From NCBI GenBank assembly GCA_964518635.1, contig CAZFGK010000002.1:101803-165802 (forward strand): a stretch of 64,000 nucleotides of DNA. The letters run 5' to 3'. The notes beneath the pieces are model-generated. The model was given only the letters and a program-made list of their open reading frames with translations, made no database searches and had not been told where the DNA came from. A program made the translations under genes and the position numbers. Below are positions 33,823 to 42,774 of the stretch, piece by piece. The stretch comes from an uncultured Ignavibacteriales bacterium. GTDB lineage: Bacteria; Zixibacteria; MSB-5A5; GN15; FEB-12. The first letter of the stretch is position 1. Each line of letters opens with the position of its first letter.

Positions 33823-34608
33823 ATGTGGCAATACATAACATTCTACACCATTCGAGATCTGTTGCGTAATCGATGGTTCTTTCTCTACTCTGGCTTCTTG
33901 CTCATACTCACTGTCGGATTCTTTCAGCTTCAGGGGACGAGCGCAAAAGTAAGTGTTGGGCTTCTGAGTACTGGGGTCTATCTCATCCCACTGTTAAGTT
34001 CTCTGTTTGGAGTGATGTACTTTTACAATTCCCGTGAGTTTATTGAACTTATGCTCACCCAACCTATTCGTCGGTCTGTTGTGTATGGAGGCATGCTGAT
34101 CGGGCTTGGAATTGCCCTGACCATCGGCTATCTGATCGGACTTGTAGTACCTCATATTGCGTATGGAGCCACCAGCAGCGAGTCTCTTCGTTCCCTTCTC
34201 TACCTTGCAGCGATTGGAACAGTGCTCGCAATTATCTACTTATCTATTTCGTTTTACATCGCAATCCGTTTCGATGACCGTGGGAAGGGACTGGCGGCTA
34301 CGCTTGGATTTTGGCTTCTCTCTGCTCTCATCTACGACGGATTAATTCTCGCCGGGACGATGGTCTTCTCCGATTATCCGCTTGAATACCCGTTACTGTT
34401 TGCATCGCTTCTCAATCCAATTGACCTGGCCAGAGTCATCTTGTTGATCGAAACAGACTGGGCGGCACTGATGGGGTACACTGGTGCAGTCTTCCGACAG
34501 GTTTTCGGCACACCAGTAGGAATTCTCTGCGGCGCTGCCGGACTTCTCCTATGGATCTTTGCTCCGCTCTGGTTCGGCTCGCGCTTGTTCGCAAAAAAGG
34601 ATTTCTGA
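33823..34608 (+). CDS. nosY: ABC-2 type permease NosY
   Basis: 261 aa with about 6 TM helices, starting 4 nt after the nosF stop. The position in the nos cluster supports the call. Confidence 0.8.
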   Translation: MWQYITFYTIRDLLRNRWFFLYSGFLLILTVGFFQLQGTSAKVSVGLLSTGVYLIPLLSSLFGVMYFYNSREFIELMLTQPIRRSVVYGGMLIGLGIALTIGYLIGLVVPHIAYGATSSESLRSLLYLAAIGTVLAIIYLSISFYIAIRFDDRGKGLAATLGFWLLSALIYDGLILAGTMVFSDYPLEYPLLFASLLNPIDLARVILLIETDWAALMGYTGAVFRQVFGTPVGILCGAAGLLLWIFAPLWFGSRLFAKKDF

Positions 34609-34699
34609 GTCAATCCCGTTTTGAACCGTCTGCTTTCAAACACGGCCGCAATTTAGTCTGCTGCCAACGGAAAGTGAGTTACACTCATTGCAAATATTC

Positions 34700-34787
34700 T
34701 GGCGGAGAGGTAGGGATTCGAACCCTAGAAACCTTTCAGTTTAACGGTTTTCGAGACCGCCGCTTTCGACCGCTCAGCCACCTCTCC
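34700..34787 (-). tRNA. tRNA-Ser (anticodon CGA), CCA encoded
   Basis: Minus strand reads GGAGAGGTGGCTGAGCGGTCGAAAGCGGCGGTCTCGAAAACCGTTAAACTGAAAGGTTTCTAGGGTTCGAATCCCTACCTCTCCGCCA. The 7-bp acceptor stem GGAGAGG/CCTCTCC, anticodon loop CU-CGA-AA, long variable arm and T-arm TAGGG-TTCGAAT-CCCTA were folded by hand. Confidence 0.9.
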
Positions 34788-35168
34788 GGCACAAGGTCGA
34801 TTGCCAATCCAAAGGATCAGCAATGCCAGCCATAACAGCTGGCGAAGCGGGAAAGTAGGAATTCCCCGTCACTTGTAAAGTGCCCGTTTTCCGGCAGTTT
34901 GACAGCCTCGAATCACGACTATTCAGTCAATCAAATTCGAAAAATGTCCGAAGAATCGAAACCTCTGTGGTTCGAAGATTCGAAATGCTCCTCAGAATAT
35001 GTTCAGGGCACTCCGCAGAATCATTTTACGTACATACAATCGAAGCAAACATGATTCAACGCTCCCGTGAGTCTTTCCTCAGCCGCGACTCCAGCATTCC
35101 TGCGAATGCTGGAGATTTTCAAGAGTACAAGATCAACAGAGTTCTGACTTACTTGTCCGAAATGTCCA

Positions 35169-36683
35169 CTAAGGCTGTACGCCGCTGTGGCATTCCGAGC
35201 AAGGCGTATCTTCCCAGGCATCCGCGATATCGACGGGATGATCGAAGCGAAGCCCTTCTGCCCCATGCGAAGATGCCATCCGTTCGCCGGTCCCTTGCGA
35301 GAGAATAGTATGGCAGGCATTGCAGTCGGTGGTGATCGGCTTTTGGTCGGCAGAGACGAGTTTCCCGTTATGGCAGCGCATGCATCCGATGGTACTGTAA
35401 TGCCCGAGATTACTCGGATAGGCCGCCCAATTCACTTTCATCTCGGGGAAAATCGAGCGCGAAAAACCGGCCTGAACTGACTGAATTGCCTTGTCGATCT
35501 CGAGTCTTTGTGAGAGGTACACCGCCGGATAATTCTTCTCGTAGTAGGAACCAATGTAGTTGGCGATTCCGGTCATCGCTTCTGGTTCGGTCGCATAGGT
35601 CGCAGTCATCGCTTCAACTGATACACGCTTGATATCCGGTAGAGAGCGATTAACGCCGCCGACCAGAATTCCCAAATCGACTGTCTCATCCGGAGTTGGA
35701 TAGACATGGCTGGGACGATTATGGCAGTCCATGCAGTCCATCGTTCGCTTCGGTAATGAATCGAATTGCTGCGCGTTGAGGGTGTCGCCGTCATTGTTGG
35801 TGTAGACTGTTACGCGGCCAGTCTCCTTGTCGGTGATCTTCACCCACGGGATATCCTCACGATCATGATCGCGTGCAATGTATTCGACTTTCACACCGAT
35901 ATTCATATGCCAGTGGATGCCGGAAGATTGTCCGGTTTTCGGATCACCGCCGCCGGTCTTGATCAGAAGATTGATCGGCCAGTGGGTGTTGGCTGAGTCA
36001 TACATATAGTGATTGAAGACCTTCTGCTGTCCGCCGAAAAATTTCTGCGGCCAATGACACTGTTCGCAGGTCTCCTGCGCCGGTCGAAGTTCTCGAAGTG
36101 GTGTTTCGATTGGACGGGAGTATTTGTTTGCAATGACTGAGTAGACCTGATAGGCACCGGAGATTTTCGATTTCGCCCACCAGTCGGCCCCGCTCCCGAT
36201 ATGACATTCTGCGCAGGCGACGCGGGCATGAGCGGAGTGCTGATAAGCGACGTACTCCGGTTTCATAACTTCGTGACAGGTTGTGCCGCAGAATTCTACT
36301 GACTCACTGAAATGATATGCCTTGTAACTTCCGACTGCACTCATCACGACAAAAACTGAAGTTGCAAGCACGAAAATCACGACTGAGCGGCGATGGCGGG
36401 GGACGTTGAGATCAATCTTCGGCCAGACTGGTTCGGTACGTTCGATTCCTTTCTTGATTCGATTCCATTCCCGCCACATGCCAAGCGGAATAAGAATTAG
36501 ACCAAGGACCAGGAATGTCGGCACGACGCCATACAGGAAAATTCCGAAGTAGGGATTGGTGTTGTGTTCAAAAAAGCCGACCAGCAAGAGTGTTCCACCC
36601 GTGACACCAGCGACAATGGCAATCGCCGCCCCCAGTATCGTGATCGGATTGTAGCTCGCCCGTGGCAGGAGAGTATCTTTCAC
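35169..36683 (-). CDS. Inner-membrane heptahaem c-type cytochrome, NapC/NirT-related (ImcH-like)
   Basis: 504 aa with three N-terminal hydrophobic helices and seven CxxCH motifs (CGTTCH, CAECH, CEQCH, CMDCH, CMRCH, CNACH, CSECH). Confidence 0.8.
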   Translation of the reverse strand: MKDTLLPRASYNPITILGAAIAIVAGVTGGTLLLVGFFEHNTNPYFGIFLYGVVPTFLVLGLILIPLGMWREWNRIKKGIERTEPVWPKIDLNVPRHRRSVVIFVLATSVFVVMSAVGSYKAYHFSESVEFCGTTCHEVMKPEYVAYQHSAHARVACAECHIGSGADWWAKSKISGAYQVYSVIANKYSRPIETPLRELRPAQETCEQCHWPQKFFGGQQKVFNHYMYDSANTHWPINLLIKTGGGDPKTGQSSGIHWHMNIGVKVEYIARDHDREDIPWVKITDKETGRVTVYTNNDGDTLNAQQFDSLPKRTMDCMDCHNRPSHVYPTPDETVDLGILVGGVNRSLPDIKRVSVEAMTATYATEPEAMTGIANYIGSYYEKNYPAVYLSQRLEIDKAIQSVQAGFSRSIFPEMKVNWAAYPSNLGHYSTIGCMRCHNGKLVSADQKPITTDCNACHTILSQGTGERMASSHGAEGLRFDHPVDIADAWEDTPCSECHSGVQP

Positions 36684-36727
36684 TTCTTGCTCCTCTTCAG
36701 CAAAAATATAAGTTTACGAATCGTAAC

Positions 36728-38797
36728 TTACGGCTGCGAATCTCGCGGTTCTTTCGATGATTCGGCAAGGTCAATCTGAATCTTCGACATCGGAGTTTTT
36801 TCTTCCTTCTCTGATTCAGTGGTGACCTGATCCTCGTCATGGATCAATTCAGAATCTTTCCCATGCTCGTGATGATACATGGCAACCGGCATCTTCCCTG
36901 TCAACCAGGCAGGATTCATTGGATAAACCTGCGGATTGAACACGGTCGAGTAGAGATGCCAGACCAGAATCGCGAGTGAGGCGAGAATTGCTTCATAGAA
37001 ATGTACTACCAACGCGACATCCAGAAATGACTTCGGCAGGAACTGGATGACGAAATTGTCAAACCAAAGCAGGATACCGGTGACGACCATGACAATCGTC
37101 CCCCAGACCAGTGCCCAGTATTCCATTTTTTCGACATAGCCGAATCTACCAAATTGCGGACGTTCGATCGGTGCGCCGAGATTGTAGCGGATCATATTGA
37201 TGAAGTCTCTGAGATCCCCCCAACTCAGCCAGATATCCTTGACGAATTTCTTTCCGCGAGGGGTGAACAGATAGAAGAGGTGCCAAAGTGACGTGATAGT
37301 AAAGAGTACGGCCGCGGTACGGTGAATGGTGCCGCGAAGCGGGTGCCCCCCTTCTCTGCCAAAAAGAAGGACCGACCACCAGGCGTCGGAATAGCGAAGG
37401 GCAAATCCAGTGATAACGAGTACGATAAATGTAACCATCAGCCCCCAATGCTGGAGGACCTCATGCGTGGTCATACGGGTCATCTGCGGCACACCGCGAA
37501 TCGCCTTCATCTGACGTCTGAAATCGATGACGCCGTGGAAGACCATCATCCCGACAATCAGTACAATGAGGACGACGTAAATTTTTTGAACGATACCAGC
37601 GATAGGTGTGCTGGAAAGACCGGGAGTTCCGTGTACCGTCGTACTTGCCAGTGTGGCGGTGATTCCGGGATGGCATTCGCCGCAGGTCTTTTGAAGATTG
37701 TTGGCATGAATAGATGAAAGCGTGTCGGTATGCGGCAAGATCATGTGGGTGCCATGACAAGAGGCACAGTTGGCGACCGCCACATCCCCTTTTTCACTCT
37801 TAAGACCGTGATAGCTGTCCACCCAGGTTGTAAGGCGACCGGTCGGGATCCCATACTTTTCGTTGAGTGATGCTGATTCATGACACGGGGTGCAGGTGGC
37901 TTCGGCTACGCGGATCGGATGTACCGGCGAGCGTGGATCTTTCGGCGAAATAATGCCGTGCTCACCGTGACAATTGGTACAAACGGGTGAACCGGTCTCC
38001 CCTTTTTGTACGAGTTCGCCATGAATACCGCGATTGTAGGCCTCGGCCTCTTCGGTGTGGCACTTTCCGCAAGTCTTCGGAATGGCGAAGTGGTTAATGG
38101 ATGAGGCCGGATCCCCGGGCATCAGGATGCGATGCGAATTCCCGTCTGCTCCGTGACAGTCGGTACACGTCGGTGCTTTTTCACTCCCGTCGCTGAGGGC
38201 CTGTCCATGCACCGAGCTCTGGAAAACATCAACGGCAGCTCCAAACTTGATATCATGTTTCTTCACCAGATCAATGTCCTGGTGGCAGTGTCCGCACGTG
38301 CTGGTCAGTACCGCATGGTGCGTGAGCGAACCGCTGTCGCTGGAGGAGAGAATCTTGTGTCGGCCGTGACAATCGGAACAGGAGGGAATATCAGGATCAT
38401 CGGGATAAGCCGCCCGTCCATGTGAAATGTAGTCGGCGGCGACATCTTCGTGGCATTGGCCACAATCAGCTCGCGGGAGGTCATCTTCGTGCGGGACTTC
38501 CGTGATTGTTACATGACACTGTATGCAATCAAATCCGGAGTGAATTGAGCTGTCGAGCAAGGAGGCGTAAAGCCCGCTCGCTTCATGCTCGGAATCTTCG
38601 TGGCAGTCGAGACAACTTTCGTTGGTTGGAGGAGGATCTTCAGACAATGTCGTGCGAGAGGAAAACAGCACAAGTGCGGTAAGCAATCCCAGAACGGGAA
38701 GCAGCGCACGCAGGTACTGGTGCGACTTCGAATTGATTCGGTCAGTTACTCCGTCATTCATACAGCTCTCGGCGCGTTCACATCCGATGAGGTTCAC
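36728..38797 (-). CDS. Fusion of an 11-haem c-type cytochrome domain and an FdnI/HydC-type cytochrome b membrane domain (CbcL-like)
   Basis: 689 aa with an N-terminal anchor and eleven CxxCH motifs (CLDCH, CIQCH, CGQCH, CSDCH, CGHCH, CTDCH, CGKCH, CTNCH, CTPCH, CASCH, CGECH). The C-terminal part has about 5 TM helices with conserved His (VLQHWGLMV, IHRTAAVLF, VVHFYEAIL, VWHLYSTVFNP). Confidence 0.8.
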   Translation of the reverse strand: MNLIGCERAESCMNDGVTDRINSKSHQYLRALLPVLGLLTALVLFSSRTTLSEDPPPTNESCLDCHEDSEHEASGLYASLLDSSIHSGFDCIQCHVTITEVPHEDDLPRADCGQCHEDVAADYISHGRAAYPDDPDIPSCSDCHGRHKILSSSDSGSLTHHAVLTSTCGHCHQDIDLVKKHDIKFGAAVDVFQSSVHGQALSDGSEKAPTCTDCHGADGNSHRILMPGDPASSINHFAIPKTCGKCHTEEAEAYNRGIHGELVQKGETGSPVCTNCHGEHGIISPKDPRSPVHPIRVAEATCTPCHESASLNEKYGIPTGRLTTWVDSYHGLKSEKGDVAVANCASCHGTHMILPHTDTLSSIHANNLQKTCGECHPGITATLASTTVHGTPGLSSTPIAGIVQKIYVVLIVLIVGMMVFHGVIDFRRQMKAIRGVPQMTRMTTHEVLQHWGLMVTFIVLVITGFALRYSDAWWSVLLFGREGGHPLRGTIHRTAAVLFTITSLWHLFYLFTPRGKKFVKDIWLSWGDLRDFINMIRYNLGAPIERPQFGRFGYVEKMEYWALVWGTIVMVVTGILLWFDNFVIQFLPKSFLDVALVVHFYEAILASLAILVWHLYSTVFNPQVYPMNPAWLTGKMPVAMYHHEHGKDSELIHDEDQVTTESEKEEKTPMSKIQIDLAESSKEPRDSQP

Positions 38798-38942
38798 TCA
38801 TCGTAAGAGAAATGTCCGCCACGGTCTTTTCTCTCCGCGGCGGACATTGAGTATCAGATCATCTGCTTTCTGCCACTGGTGCAGTTCCGTTTCGACCGGT
38901 AGCTGCACTCACACGAATGGCAAGCGTTCGGTTCATTCTCAG

Positions 38943-39341
38943 TTATTTGCTGGCCGTTTTCAGTGTCATCAGCCAGTCGACCATGACCTTCAGCGAGTCG
39001 GCATTCCCTTTGAACTTGGTTATATGCTTCACGCCTTTGAGATCAGCAGTCTTCATCAGATAGGGACTCAGCCAGTCGGCCTTGACCCGGCTACCGAGAT
39101 CAGAAAGATCGGGGGCTTCTTTCTTCTTTGACCCGGCCTCTGCCTTTTCAGCCCCCTCTTTGGCGGGAGCTTTCTTCTCGATCTTCATGGACGCGACTGC
39201 GTGACAGTTTGCGCACTTCTGTTCAAGAAAAAGAGTCTTCCCGTCCAGGGCTGCTTTCTTTTCTTCTTCCGCTATTGCTGCAGTAAAGAGAACGCCCACG
39301 ACCACCACGACTACCCCGGTGAGGGCAAGAATTCGTTTCAT
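38943..39341 (-). CDS. Monohaem cytochrome c (tandem paralog 1)
   Basis: Start at MKRILALTGVVVVVVGVLFTAAIA, haem motif CANCH, a Lys/Glu/Ala-rich linker, and a C-terminus ..GNADSLKVMVDWLMTLKTASK identical to that of paralog 2. Confidence 0.75.
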   Translation of the reverse strand: MKRILALTGVVVVVVGVLFTAAIAEEEKKAALDGKTLFLEQKCANCHAVASMKIEKKAPAKEGAEKAEAGSKKKEAPDLSDLGSRVKADWLSPYLMKTADLKGVKHITKFKGNADSLKVMVDWLMTLKTASK

Positions 39342-39416
39342 ACTATTTCCGCTCCTTTTTGGAATAATTGTTTCGGCTGCCATTCTGGCCATCCTTCACT
39401 ACCAGGTCGCTGCCGA

Positions 39417-39809
39417 CTACTTACTGGCAGTCTTCAAAGTCATCAGCCAGTCGACCATGACCTTGAGGGAGTCTGCATTTCCTTTGAATTTCTTCATATG
39501 CTTGACACCTTCAAGGTCAGCAGTCTTCATGAGATATTGTCCAAGCCACTCGGCCTTGACCTTGCTCCCAACGTCAGAGAGATCCGGTGGTTCCTTCTTC
39601 TTGGATGCGGCATCTGCAGTCTCTTTTGCAGCAGTAGCTTTTTTCTCGATCTTCATTGAAGAAATCGAGTGACAGCTTTCGCATTTCTGATCAAGAAACA
39701 TGCTCTTTCCATCAAGGGCAGGTTTCTTGGCATCTTCGGCGATAGCCGCGGTCAGAAACACTCCCATGAGAACCAGGGTCGCTCCGGCCTGTGCAATAAT
39801 TCGTTTCAT
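39417..39809 (-). CDS. Monohaem cytochrome c (tandem paralog 2)
   Basis: Start at MKRIIAQAGATLVLMGVFLTAAIA with AGGAAG upstream, haem motif CESCH, and the same C-terminal 21 aa as paralog 1. Confidence 0.75.
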   Translation of the reverse strand: MKRIIAQAGATLVLMGVFLTAAIAEDAKKPALDGKSMFLDQKCESCHSISSMKIEKKATAAKETADAASKKKEPPDLSDVGSKVKAEWLGQYLMKTADLEGVKHMKKFKGNADSLKVMVDWLMTLKTASK

Positions 39810-39976
39810 GTTACTTCTTCCTTTCATGACGTCTTCATGCATTCTACAAAGAACGAGGGTATAGAGACGACAATTTCTGATAGTTGTCAAGACATTGACT
39901 GTCAAATTTACCAAGAATAATGCCATACTCCGGAGTACAGATTTATAAATGCACTAACAATGGTAAAGAATTGGCT

Positions 39977-39992
39977 TGTGATTCTTTTCACA
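39977..39992. promoter_or_regulatory. Perfect TGTGA-N6-TCACA palindrome (CRP/FNR-family-type site) in the divergent cytochrome promoter region
   Basis: TGTGATTCTTTTCACA lies 133 nt upstream of the decahaem ATG (40125) and 168 nt upstream of the cytochrome c start at 39809. Confidence 0.35.
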
Positions 39993-40124
39993 AATGAACG
40001 ATTGGCAATTTCTTTCCGTCGTGACAACTTTGACTACCTTGTAGAGTATTAAAAACATTGCACTTTCAGTTTTATCACTCTATTTCTTATCCATCATGAC
40101 GATACAAATGAGTGACAGGAGCCA

Positions 40125-41099
40125 ATGCTCAAGATGAAAACTTCAAAGCTTCGCATACTCTCACTCACATTTCCCTTCGCGCTGTTGGTGCTGATCGGGA
40201 CAATCTCAGGTTCACTTCTCTCTCAGCAATCTGACCCGACGATTCCAACCGAAGAAGAATTAACACTTCAAACGGATTGCCTTGATTGCCATGCGGACCA
40301 GGTCACTCAGATGACCGGCTCACCTCATGCCGTGATTGCAGACAATGAACGCGCAAAAGTCTCTTGCCTCTCCTGTCATCGTGAGGGGGCTCAGGAACAT
40401 GTTGACGATCCTTATGGCGGTAGTATTGCCTCTCCAGCGAAGGCGACACCAGCCATGCAGCAGGCCGACTGCGGCAGATGTCACCTTGCCCATATCGAAC
40501 TTGATAATATCGGGTTCGATCCGCATCTGACCGCAGCCGTCGCCTGCAGTGACTGTCATACCATTCACAGCAGCACCCCTCAGTTGACCAAAGACCCCGA
40601 TATGGAATTCTGCGGCAAATGCCACAGCTCTACCAAGCTTCATTTTCAGCATCGGTCTACCCATATGCTCACCAGCGGCGGCATGAATTGTATCTCCTGC
40701 CACAGCTTTACCGGAAGTGGTGACGCGGCGGCAGCAGGCACAGACACATATCGTTGCATGAATTGTCACGCCGAAGAGAGTGGGCCATTCTTACATGAAC
40801 ATGGCGGAGTTACTGGCTTTGCGATCGGAAGTGAATCCTGTATCGGCTGCCATGAACCGCACGGCAGCAGCAATACCGCCATGCTCACGCGAACCGGAAA
40901 CCAGTTGTGTCAGCAATGTCACGTGACTCCACTCGGACATCGCACCGCCCACAACGGCGTCGCGCTGACAGCCGATTGTATGGATTGCCACAGTGCCGTA
41001 CACGGTTCTGATGAATTCCGCAATCTGATTTCATCGGACATGGCCGCACGAGTAAGTGGCGGACCGGCCTCCTGTTATTGTCACGAGGTCAGGAACTGA
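40125..41099 (+). CDS. Periplasmic decahaem c-type cytochrome (MtrA/DmsE/PioA-like size and haem count)
   Basis: 324 aa with a signal peptide and ten CxxCH motifs (CLDCH, CLSCH, CGRCH, CSDCH, CGKCH, CISCH, CMNCH, CIGCH, CQQCH, CMDCH). Confidence 0.8.
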   Translation: MLKMKTSKLRILSLTFPFALLVLIGTISGSLLSQQSDPTIPTEEELTLQTDCLDCHADQVTQMTGSPHAVIADNERAKVSCLSCHREGAQEHVDDPYGGSIASPAKATPAMQQADCGRCHLAHIELDNIGFDPHLTAAVACSDCHTIHSSTPQLTKDPDMEFCGKCHSSTKLHFQHRSTHMLTSGGMNCISCHSFTGSGDAAAAGTDTYRCMNCHAEESGPFLHEHGGVTGFAIGSESCIGCHEPHGSSNTAMLTRTGNQLCQQCHVTPLGHRTAHNGVALTADCMDCHSAVHGSDEFRNLISSDMAARVSGGPASCYCHEVRN

Positions 41100-41106
41100 G
41101 GAACCT

Positions 41107-42681
41107 ATGAAAACCCAGCTACTCCAGCGATTACTCGTTCTCGGTCTTTTGATTTCAACTCTTGGAATTGTCAACACCGTGACGGCAGAATCCTCCGGCG
41201 AGTTTCGGCTCGGTGGAGTCCTCCTCGACACGTACGGCAGCAATGCATCGTACATGCCCGCGCAGCAGTACTATGAAGGGCTTTCCCTTTCATTTGATCG
41301 CATAAGGTATTCCGATCCACTTTGGAGATTTTCCGGACACGCCAGAAACATGACCCTCAATAGTCGTGACCTTGCTTTCACTTTCGGACATCTGAATCAC
41401 TTTTCGGTCAGTGCCAGAAATGACCAGACCACTCGAGTGTATAGCGCATCGGGGGATCAGTTTGGACGCCGTCATCTGACTCAGTTCGATCTCTGGATGG
41501 AACCGATTGAATCATTTCGAGTCTTCGGCTCATACGGAATACAGGATCGGAATGGAGTCATACTTTCATCGATCTTCCCGACCGATTCCATCTCCATCTC
41601 AAGTTCCGATTTCGGTCAGAAGACTGCCCGATTTGGCGCGAGATATGACAAAGACGGTTACGTTCTTGAAGGGGATATGAGAATTCGAAATTACAACGAT
41701 CGAAGTGATAACAACCGTGATCGTGAAGGGACTCGTTCTCGCCTCTCAGGTCGTGCCCCGATGCCGGGGATCAAGCAGGTATTTCTCAACGGTGGATTCA
41801 TGCAATACACCGAGGCGTACAAGAATACTCCCGATTCTTTCCTGACCAACACTGGTTGGGGTGGACTCCGCTGGGTCAGCCGAGATGGGGCCTCTGCCAA
41901 GTATTCATTTGTCTATGACCGCAGCCGCAAAACCGGTGACCTGCTGGCGACCGACAATATCACCCAGTCAATCTCTGTCGCAAAAAACTGGATGCGCAAA
42001 GGGGGCGTACAGGTTGGCGGACTCTATCGTTATCGGGACAACCTCACGACGGTCCTGGAAACTTTCGGATTCAACGGGAGTGCCTGGATTGCCTTGACTG
42101 ATCAGCTCACCATCCGTGGCGCGGCGGGAACAGAAAGCCGCGAGATGGAAGAGGGTTCACTCATCAACGGCGTCCGTGGTCTTGATCGTGGTTTCATTCA
42201 GGCCGAGTATCGAAAAAACCCTTTTCAATTACGAGTTCGCTATAGCATTGAAACGCGCTCGTATGATGATCTCGGCACGACCAATGATATTGATCAACTA
42301 AGTGCCGATGGCTCCTATTCTATTTCAAAAATCGGAAACTTCTCCGCGAATTATGCTTATCGCATGGCCGATCAGCAGTCGACTGAAGGAACATACAACT
42401 ACGACGAGCATCTCGTTGCTGGAGACTTTACTTCCGCATCTTTTGGAAAGCTTAGAGGTACGTTGAGCGGACTGTATCAGCGCGCGACTGGTGATATTGA
42501 TGTAGAAACCGCAAATGGGACCGCCGGACTCCGCTATGATATATCGAGACGCGTAGCCATTGACGGAAAATACTCAGCTTTCAACTTCGACAATTTCACG
42601 CAACGTGACATTCCAGCGACACTCTATACCGACTACTCGACTTTGAATGTCATTGAGTTGGCGCTCGTGGTTTCCTGGTAG
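41107..42681 (+). CDS. Outer-membrane beta-barrel candidate (MtrB/PioB/OmbB-like role inferred)
   Basis: Start at MKTQLLQRLLVLGLLISTLGIVNTVTAES (signal peptide), 8 nt after the decahaem stop. No haem motifs. Rich in alternating Y/R/G/S/D beta-strand-like patterns. The C-terminus ..NVIELALVVSW ends in an aromatic residue, as in OMP beta-signals. Confidence 0.6.
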   Translation: MKTQLLQRLLVLGLLISTLGIVNTVTAESSGEFRLGGVLLDTYGSNASYMPAQQYYEGLSLSFDRIRYSDPLWRFSGHARNMTLNSRDLAFTFGHLNHFSVSARNDQTTRVYSASGDQFGRRHLTQFDLWMEPIESFRVFGSYGIQDRNGVILSSIFPTDSISISSSDFGQKTARFGARYDKDGYVLEGDMRIRNYNDRSDNNRDREGTRSRLSGRAPMPGIKQVFLNGGFMQYTEAYKNTPDSFLTNTGWGGLRWVSRDGASAKYSFVYDRSRKTGDLLATDNITQSISVAKNWMRKGGVQVGGLYRYRDNLTTVLETFGFNGSAWIALTDQLTIRGAAGTESREMEEGSLINGVRGLDRGFIQAEYRKNPFQLRVRYSIETRSYDDLGTTNDIDQLSADGSYSISKIGNFSANYAYRMADQQSTEGTYNYDEHLVAGDFTSASFGKLRGTLSGLYQRATGDIDVETANGTAGLRYDISRRVAIDGKYSAFNFDNFTQRDIPATLYTDYSTLNVIELALVVSW

Positions 42682-42774
42682 AAGGCAAGCAAGGTGAAGA
42701 CGATGAAGACGAATGAGCATGATAGAAAAATGAACTCATACACACTCTTTGAGAGTCCAGAAAGGAGGGTTCGT

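Noticed and set aside
34551-34835. A 94-aa plus-strand ORF after nosY.
   Set aside because: It overlaps the hand-folded tRNA-Ser(CGA) gene on the opposite strand, so its translation is an artefact of the tRNA sequence.
34609-35168. The tRNA-Ser gene as an integration site delimiting the cytochrome locus as a genomic island.
   Set aside because: I found no direct repeat of the tRNA 3' end elsewhere in the window and no integrase. The TTCGAA-rich spacer at 34930-35000 and the hairpin CCAGCATTC-CTGC-GAATGCTGG (about 35090-35112) are not enough to call an att site.
39886-39905. Reading GTCAA-N4-TTGAC as an FNR box.
   Set aside because: FNR-type boxes are TTGAT-N4-ATCAA, and here the half-sites face the opposite way. 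The site is reported only as an unexplained palindrome cluster, not as an FNR site.
41070-41085. An eleventh haem site, from the CYCH sequence at the C-terminus of the decahaem cytochrome.
   Set aside because: The sequence is C-Y-C-H (CxCH), not CxxCH. Without other evidence it is not counted, and the haem count stays at ten.
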